10,368 nucleotides of DNA, from the NCBI RefSeq assembly GCF_006345805.1, contig NW_021827417.1:1-10368 (forward strand), read 5' to 3'. Made by a program: the position numbers and the translations under genes. Below the pieces are notes generated by a model. That model was given only the letters and a program-made list of their open reading frames with translations, did no database searches and was not told the origin of the DNA. The DNA comes from Octopus sinensis. Its lineage: Eukaryota. This document shows, piece by piece, positions 6,970-10,368 of this stretch (within the stretch, counting starts at the first letter, position 1; the number at the start of each line of letters is the position of its first letter).

Positions 6970-7379
6970 CCGTTGCTGCTATGCAAAAGTGTCGTAGATT
7001 CAAAACGCTGCTTTTCCAGAAAACGAAAAAATTGTTTCACCATTCCATTTCTTTTTAGATTAGCAACAGTTTCAGCTTAACAATAATACTTTGTTGGGTG
7101 CATAAAATCGTAACTCTGTACATGTATGATATTTTCAGTCAGAAACATTTTTGCAAAACTATCGTATGTGGGGTTTACTGCACTTTTGAGAAATTCTATA
7201 CCATTGTAGTACATTTAGACTATTTTCATCTGAAGCAGCTGGAGATACGATAGTTTGACCAAAAGAACCGGCTATTGAAAGCAAAATTAAATATTGAAAA
7301 AAAAAATGCATTTGGTCAAAATTTGGACATACAACAGTTTAACATAATAGCAACGACACACATACATATTAAAGGATCA

Positions 7380-7626
7380 AAAATTCTTCAAGAGCTGTAG
7401 GCTCATAAGGCCGGTCTCCTGAATTCAGTGTAGTCTATATTCCACCTGACCTTCGTCGGGACGCCGGAGCGCCGCAGGATTACCGATTTTTGTCAGCTGG
7501 ATGAACTGGAGCAAAGTGGAATGATGTGCTTCGTTCAAGAACTCAATGCATTGCCCAGTCCAGGAATCGAAACTACAATCTCACAATCATGAGTCCAACA
7601 CCCTAACCACTAAGCCATGCGCATCC
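7380..7626 (-). mobile_element. CORE-type SINE with a family B head but a different 3' tail
   Basis: Minus strand GCGCATGGCTTAGTGGTTAGGGTGTTGGACTCATGAT...TTTCGATTCCTGG (A and B boxes), then decayed CORE TTCTTGAACGAAGCAC...CTCCAGTTCATCCAGCTGACAAAAAT. The tail GGTAATCCTGCG...CCGGCCTTATGAGCCTA is unrelated to the tail of 2098-2381. Confidence 0.8.
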
Positions 7627-7709
7627 ACATACATATCCATATTTTAAAAAGAATATTTACTTAGAATGAAATATTAAGATAACAAACACAGCCTAATTAA
7701 TTGTATAAA

Positions 7710-7935
7710 TATGACACACACATGGGCACATACACACACATGTCTATATTTATGCATGTATATATGTATATACATGAACAAAATAGTTGCATATATATAT
7801 ATACACACACACGCCTACACAGATACATACATAGAGATATATGTATGTACGTGTGAAGTACATGTATGTATGTGTGTGAGTGCGTGCATACGTGTATGTG
7901 TATGTGTGTGCGTGCACGTGTGTGCGTGTGTGTAC
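7710..7935. repeat. Degenerate alternating purine-pyrimidine (CA/TA/TG) tract
   Basis: Directly visible low-complexity sequence. Confidence 0.85.
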
Positions 7936-7994
7936 AGCTGGTTGTGAAAGGTGAACGGCCTAATAAGAAGTCGTAGAAAAACATATAACAGCAT

Positions 7995-8165
7995 TGTTGT
8001 TGTTTTTGTTGTTTTGCTTTGGGACGGCGAGGGTGGTGGTGTTATTGTAGTGGTAATGACGGGTGGGTGGTGGATGGAGGTGGACAGTATGTGGATGGTG
8101 AGTGGGGGTTGGGTGGTGGCTGAGGATGCGACTACAAGACATATTGGGGAGGGGGAGTGTTAGTG
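7995..8165. repeat. GTT/GGT-rich low-complexity segment
   Basis: Strong G+T strand bias with degenerate (GTT)n and (GGT)n. Confidence 0.7.
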
Positions 8166-8224
8166 ATGTTGGATGAAGCAGCTACACCGAGAGGATGAGC
8201 TGGAGGGTGACAAAATGGACTCAC

Positions 8225-8790
<566 letters not shown>

Positions 8791-8792
8791 AA

Positions 8793-9245
8793 ATGGGGTG
8801 CATTCCAGAAGTTCTGAGACTTTTTTTTTAAGGAGAAGCTGTTATCACTGTCTGAGATTATTTTAATTTTAGTACATCATTACTATTCATGTAATAAGCG
8901 GATCTGCCAACTTTCGTTATTCCAGATTAAGAGACGTCTGTAACAACGCTTTGAACACATCTTACTAAAGACTGCTAGTCACAACTGAGTAACTTGGAGA
9001 AGTCATTTGGGATGTGAAGGTACTGCGGAAGATCCCTATGTAGTAAATTTGTGTTAAACTGAGCAAAAATGCAACAGAAACGTACGAAATGTTTCGGGCT
9101 GCTTAAGGGTTAGTTTTTTTCCGGTGGTGCAAGAGATTAAAGGACGTTAGAGAGGTGTGGGGTGTCAGAATATCTGAGATGGTTGAGAAAATCACAATTT
9201 TCTGGATGAAGATCGTCTTGTATCTATAAAGACCTTAAGCGTATA
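8793..9245 (+). mobile_element. Decayed mariner (Tc1/mariner) element: 5' end and N-terminal transposase remnant
   Basis: Translation gives CVKLSKNATETYEMFRAA* (9050-9106), FRWCKRLKDVRE (9119+) and FLDEDRLVSIKTLSV (about 9199-9243). These match the mariner paired-HTH pattern IKFCVKLGKxATETYEM...FRWHKRFKEGRE...FLDEDRRxSI. A TIR-like GGGGTGCATTCCAGAAGTTCTGAGAC is at about 8795. Confidence 0.8.
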
Positions 9246-9281
9246 AGTATACATAAAACAGTAACTTTTTTTGTAATACGC

Positions 9282-9306
9282 GCACAGACACATGTACACA
9301 CACGAG

Positions 9307-9343
<37 letters not shown>

Positions 9344-9352
9344 ACACACACA

Positions 9353-9408
<56 letters not shown>
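9282..9408. repeat. (CA)n microsatellite
   Basis: Directly visible. Confidence 0.97.
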
Positions 9409-9410
<2 letters not shown>

Positions 9411-9522
9411 ACGCATCGTATTTAATGATATAAGACACGTTATATGCATCCCGATTTCAACAGCGTATGCTCGGGAAATAAAGTTTTAGTGTATTAAAGC
9501 ATTTCATAGCGGCCCAATACAT

Positions 9523-9927
9523 GAGCTGGAGTGGTTTACTTTGTTGGCTGTGTGGTAAGAAGCTTGCTTCCCAACCACATGGTTACGATTTCAGTCCTAC
9601 TGCATGGCACCTTGAGCAAGTGCCTTCTACTATAGCCTCGAGCCGACTAAAGCCTTGCGAGTGGACTTGGTAGATGAAAACCGTCGTATATATACATTTA
9701 TATGTAAGCATGTATTTGTGTGCCTGTGTTTGACCCCCACCATCGCTTGACAACCGATATTGGTGTGTTTATGTTCCCGTAACTTCACGGTTCGACAAAA
9801 GTGGCCTATAGAATAAAGTATTAGGCTTACAAAGGGTAACTCGTAGAGTTGATTTGTTCGACTAAAGGCGGTGCTCCAGCATGGCCGCAGTAAAAATGAC
9901 TGAAACAAGTAAAAGGGTAAAAGGGTA
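9523..9927 (+). mobile_element. Full-length, diverged SINE family A copy
   Basis: Head TGGCTGTGTGGTAAGAAGCTTGCTTCCCAACCACATGG, CORE-like ACCTTGAGCAAGTGCCTT, short internal RY tract, and tail GGCGGTGCTCCAGCATGGCCGCAG...GACTGAAACAAG plus (TAAAAGGG)2. Confidence 0.9.
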
Positions 9928-10024
9928 TATATTTTTGGCATAAAGAATGTGCGGCCAATGAACCATGAAATACGGTATATATCTGTTGGCTGTGAGTGTT
10001 TTGTATGTACTACGTATATAGAAA

Positions 10025-10115
10025 TGCATGTTTGTTAGTGCGCCCGCATGTGTGCGTATGTCTGTGTGTTTGAGTGTGTGTGTGTTTGTGTATGCGCGCG
10101 CGTGTCCGTGTGTGT
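10025..10115. repeat. Degenerate (GT)n tract
   Basis: Directly visible. Confidence 0.88.
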
Positions 10116-10146
10116 TCGTGGCTTTGGCACGTGGGGACATGGATGG

Positions 10147-10314
10147 ACATAAATTATTTACATTACTTGACAGATATTTGTCCTCATCTTGTTTGTTGTT
10201 AACACAACGTTTCGGGCGTCTTGGGGAAATTTCGAACCTGGGTTCTCATTCCTAAAGTATTTTTCGATGTTATTATCATTATTATAATTATAATAATATA
10301 ATCTAATAATAATA

Positions 10315-10368
<54 letters not shown>
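10147..10368 (-). mobile_element. SINE-like element (family D) with an internal (AAT)n tract and a Penelope-like tail; the head lies beyond the window edge
   Basis: Minus strand CTGAA(TAA)n...AACATCGAAAAATACTTTAGGAATGAGAACCCAGGTTCGAAATTTCCCCAAGAC..CCGAAACGTTGTGTTAACAACAAACAAGATGAGGACAAATATC matches a recalled octopus repeat. The tRNA head cannot be seen in this window. Confidence 0.6.
10268..10364. repeat. (ATT/TAA)n microsatellite
   Basis: Directly visible. Confidence 0.95.

Noticed and set aside
8020-8160. G-quadruplex
   Set aside because: Four GGG runs do not fall within short loops; only weak two-tier potential.

Overview
Eukaryotic, almost entirely repeat-derived DNA. It is most likely from an Octopus genome, an inference from SINE families I recognise and the very high microsatellite density. 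No host protein-coding exon is supported, and most ORFs in the track are translations of (TA)n, (CA)n or (GATA)n tracts. The window holds about 11 copies or fragments of four SINE families and decayed remnants of four autonomous elements: an R4/Dong-like RLE retrotransposon, a Hero-like RLE retrotransposon with a structured 3'UTR, a CR1/L2-group LINE and a mariner transposase. The main hidden signals are RNA structures. One is a minimal type I hammerhead ribozyme with a fully canonical core (1038-1078, minus strand), lying downstream of a Pol III SINE with no intervening T4 terminator. Two further hammerhead-architecture motifs occur, one a core variant and one with the core deleted. Finally, a SINE and a neighbouring LINE share a 39-nt 3' tail whose stem-loop shows compensatory base changes. 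All family assignments come from motif recognition and manual translation, not database searches.
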